A DNA stretch of 64,000 nucleotides from Hydrolagus colliei (lineage: Eukaryota), in contig CM068762.1 of assembly GCA_035084275.1 (NCBI GenBank), positions 9,114,001-9,178,000 on the forward strand, in the 5' to 3' direction. Shown piece by piece: positions 61,703-64,000 of this stretch (the first letter of the stretch is position 1; every line of letters begins with the position of its first letter). Below the pieces are notes generated by a model. It ran no database searches, was not told where the DNA came from, and saw only the letters and a list, made by a program, of their open reading frames with translations. The translations under genes and the position numbers were made by a program.

Positions 61703-63579
61703 TTATTTACGGAATGCCAGACAATCGTATGGAAAGACGAAAGCTTTCCCATTGGAACCCAAATTAAATATCCTGAGTCTAAAACACAGTTTTTGCACAA
61801 CCTGATTTGAGGTTACCAAAATAAGATACCAACATCTATTTTTATACAGAAACCTTTCTTCATTGTATTAATTCAAGTTCAACAAACCAACAGCTGAGCA
61901 TTGCCTGAGGTCAGCACAAGGCTATCCACGAAAAGACTGTCAGTCAAACACCTTGCAAATGTTTTCACATGTACTTAGTTTATTATTGGACAGTTGATTA
62001 ACTACTACAATTGTAGCATTGTGTATTGAAGGAGATTAAAATACCAAGGCCAAACCACATGAAACTTCATATCACACCTAATTACAATTAAAAAAATTCT
62101 ATATATATACTTTTTTAACCAAGTTCATTAGTCATCCATTGGAAACACCTGGCGGCTTTGTCTCACCTTTTTTAAATGATGAAACTACGGCAGAAAGATT
62201 GCATGAGAACTGAAAGGTTATAGATCAGTTTTGCCAATAAGGTCACAGGCAATATGAGTGCTGTTGATCACTGTAATGAATATTTAGAGTCAAACGAAAA
62301 CAGCACAGTTCAGATTAAAAACAATAACATTACATTTATAGGGAACCTTTCACTTTGGGAGAACGTCCTGAATGCAACAACATAGTAATAATAATACATA
62401 ATCATAATAATAATGTATTCTGCCTAAATTCCTGAAATGTCTTCAGGGCTTTTCAAGTCTCCAACCAATTCCAAATACAAGTAAAGTTTCCCTTGTCTAC
62501 AGACCTGTGACTTTCTTCAAAAATCATCGCCCCTGTTTACAAAACTGTAATTTATTTGTGTTCCTATTTTAAAGAAACCAGACAAGGTTGTCAATCGGAT
62601 GTCCTCAATAGCAAATTTTAAAAATGCAATATTTTCCAAAAAAAAGTGTGTGTGTGTGTACAACTGTCAACTGTAGATCTAGGTTGCATGTGTTTGCAGG
62701 AATCTGACAGCAGACTTTTCAGCAGAGTGAAATATCTGTGGCAGACACAGGAAAAGTAGATTTGAACTCTAGTCAGGAACAGTGAGAATCGAAGCAGATA
62801 TGATCATATTGAAACCACCAGCAGCAAACCTGGTGCATAACGCTCCTCGTCTTAACACAAAAATACAGCTACCACATCCTGTGATCAAAATGAATGAGTG
62901 AGTAAATAAAAGAGTTGCTTTTGTGTTGACTTGATTTTGTGATATTTTCTGTTTAGTTATGTGTTTTGCTCATGATTGCCAACACCCTGAAACTCACTCG
63001 AGGCACCAGACCTGCTCAACTGGCTTTGGCACATTTTCTTTCTTTACAAACCATGTGGAGTTTTGTTCTCCTGGACCCCAATTAGTTTTGTTCCGATACT
63101 GATGCTCATTCCTCAAGTGCGTCTTTGGTGGATCGCACAGAGGGCACACTTGCATAGAACCGTATAGCAGGCCGTTCTGGCCCAACAGAAACCCACTTGA
63201 GGCAAGATTAAATTTGTTTGTTAGTTCATCAGTCTGTTGACTCAGGCCCCTCCTTTAGTGCTATTATCTATTTTGTTGTTACTCCTATTTATGTAGCATG
63301 AGGGACGCTACATAAATGCAAGTTCTTGTTGTTGACTTATTTCCTTCCCAAACTCTCCATATGTTGTCCTGCAGCTTTCTCCTTCCTCTTGCTTGTCCAG
63401 TCATTTTCTTGCAAGACCAGAAAATCAGGACTCGTCACATTGTCTGTCTGGTCCAAACTCGAGTCTTTTGTCCATAAAACACACAGAATATCCTGTGAGC
63501 TGCTCTGCTGACATTACAGGTGCTACATCAGCTGCAGAGATTATTATTATTATTATTAGCTATGCTTTTTTGAGAAATG

Positions 63580-63695
63580 GAGGAGTTCTGACAAAGGGTT
63601 ATGTATTGACTCACTTTCCTTTCCCAACAGATGCTGAGTGTTCCAAGCGATTTCTGTTCTTGGTTCAAACTTCAACATCTGCAATATTTTGTTTC
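63580..63695 (+). mobile_element. Third, more degraded Penelope-like terminal-repeat fragment
   Basis: TTCTGACAAAGGGTT...TTGACTC...CAGATGCTGAGTGTTCCAAGCGATTTCTGTT...CATCTGCAATATTTTGTTT. Confidence 0.55.
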
Positions 63696-63754
63696 CGTCA
63701 GTATTTTGCATCCATTTTGTATATGTCAGTTGCCTGGGTTTCGTTAAGGTTTTG

Positions 63755-63885
63755 TTTTATTTCGCCTGCAAAAATATACGGTCAATTAACTTTACACTAT
63801 ATACCGTGAAGCGCTTTGAGACATCACGGAGACGTGATAAGGCGCTGTATCAAATACAAGGATTATTATTATTTATTATTATTGT
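63755..63885 (+). mobile_element. Young SINE 3' fragment
   Basis: TTTCGCCTGCAAAATATACGGTCAATT...GTGAAGCGCTTTGAGAC...GGATTATTATT. Confidence 0.85.
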
Positions 63886-64000
63886 ACCAGGGTTGATGAC
63901 ATCTGATGTGGATACGTACGTGTAAAGCAAGAAAGGCACAAGTGACAAAGGTAACAATGGAACTACCCAAGTGAGAACCAGTTGTTGGAGGGGCAGTCAG

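Noticed and set aside
62205-62232. TGAGAACTGAA, matching the 5' end of miR-146
   Set aside because: The match ends after 11 nt and the local hairpin is too short for a pre-miRNA.

Overview
Vertebrate, AT-rich, repeat-dense intergenic or intronic DNA. The repeat set points to a cartilaginous fish, probably a holocephalan such as Callorhinchus; this is inferred from recalled repeat consensuses, not from a search. No host protein-coding gene could be recognised. The only convincing protein homologies are decayed retrotransposon ORF2 fragments: an L2 reverse transcriptase at 17.4-18.3 kb, L2 3' ends, and CR1 3' ends. The window holds several dozen copies or fragments of two tRNA-derived SINE families: an older SacSINE1-like DeuSINE, and a younger family that appears to be a tRNA + CORE + Deu-3' + L2-tail chimera. 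It also has two L2 3'-end families, CR1 tails, three Penelope-type terminal-repeat fragments with decayed hammerhead-like cores, and a probable MITE. Unusual structure includes an 87-bp near-perfect inverted duplication, a probable ~430-bp inversion splitting a SINE, several fold-back scars, a dense cluster of MYB sites, and exon-like non-coding segments suggesting spliced lncRNAs (low confidence). I found no firm evidence of a new biological system. Repeat boundaries are approximate (about +/-20 bp) unless a target-site duplication is quoted.
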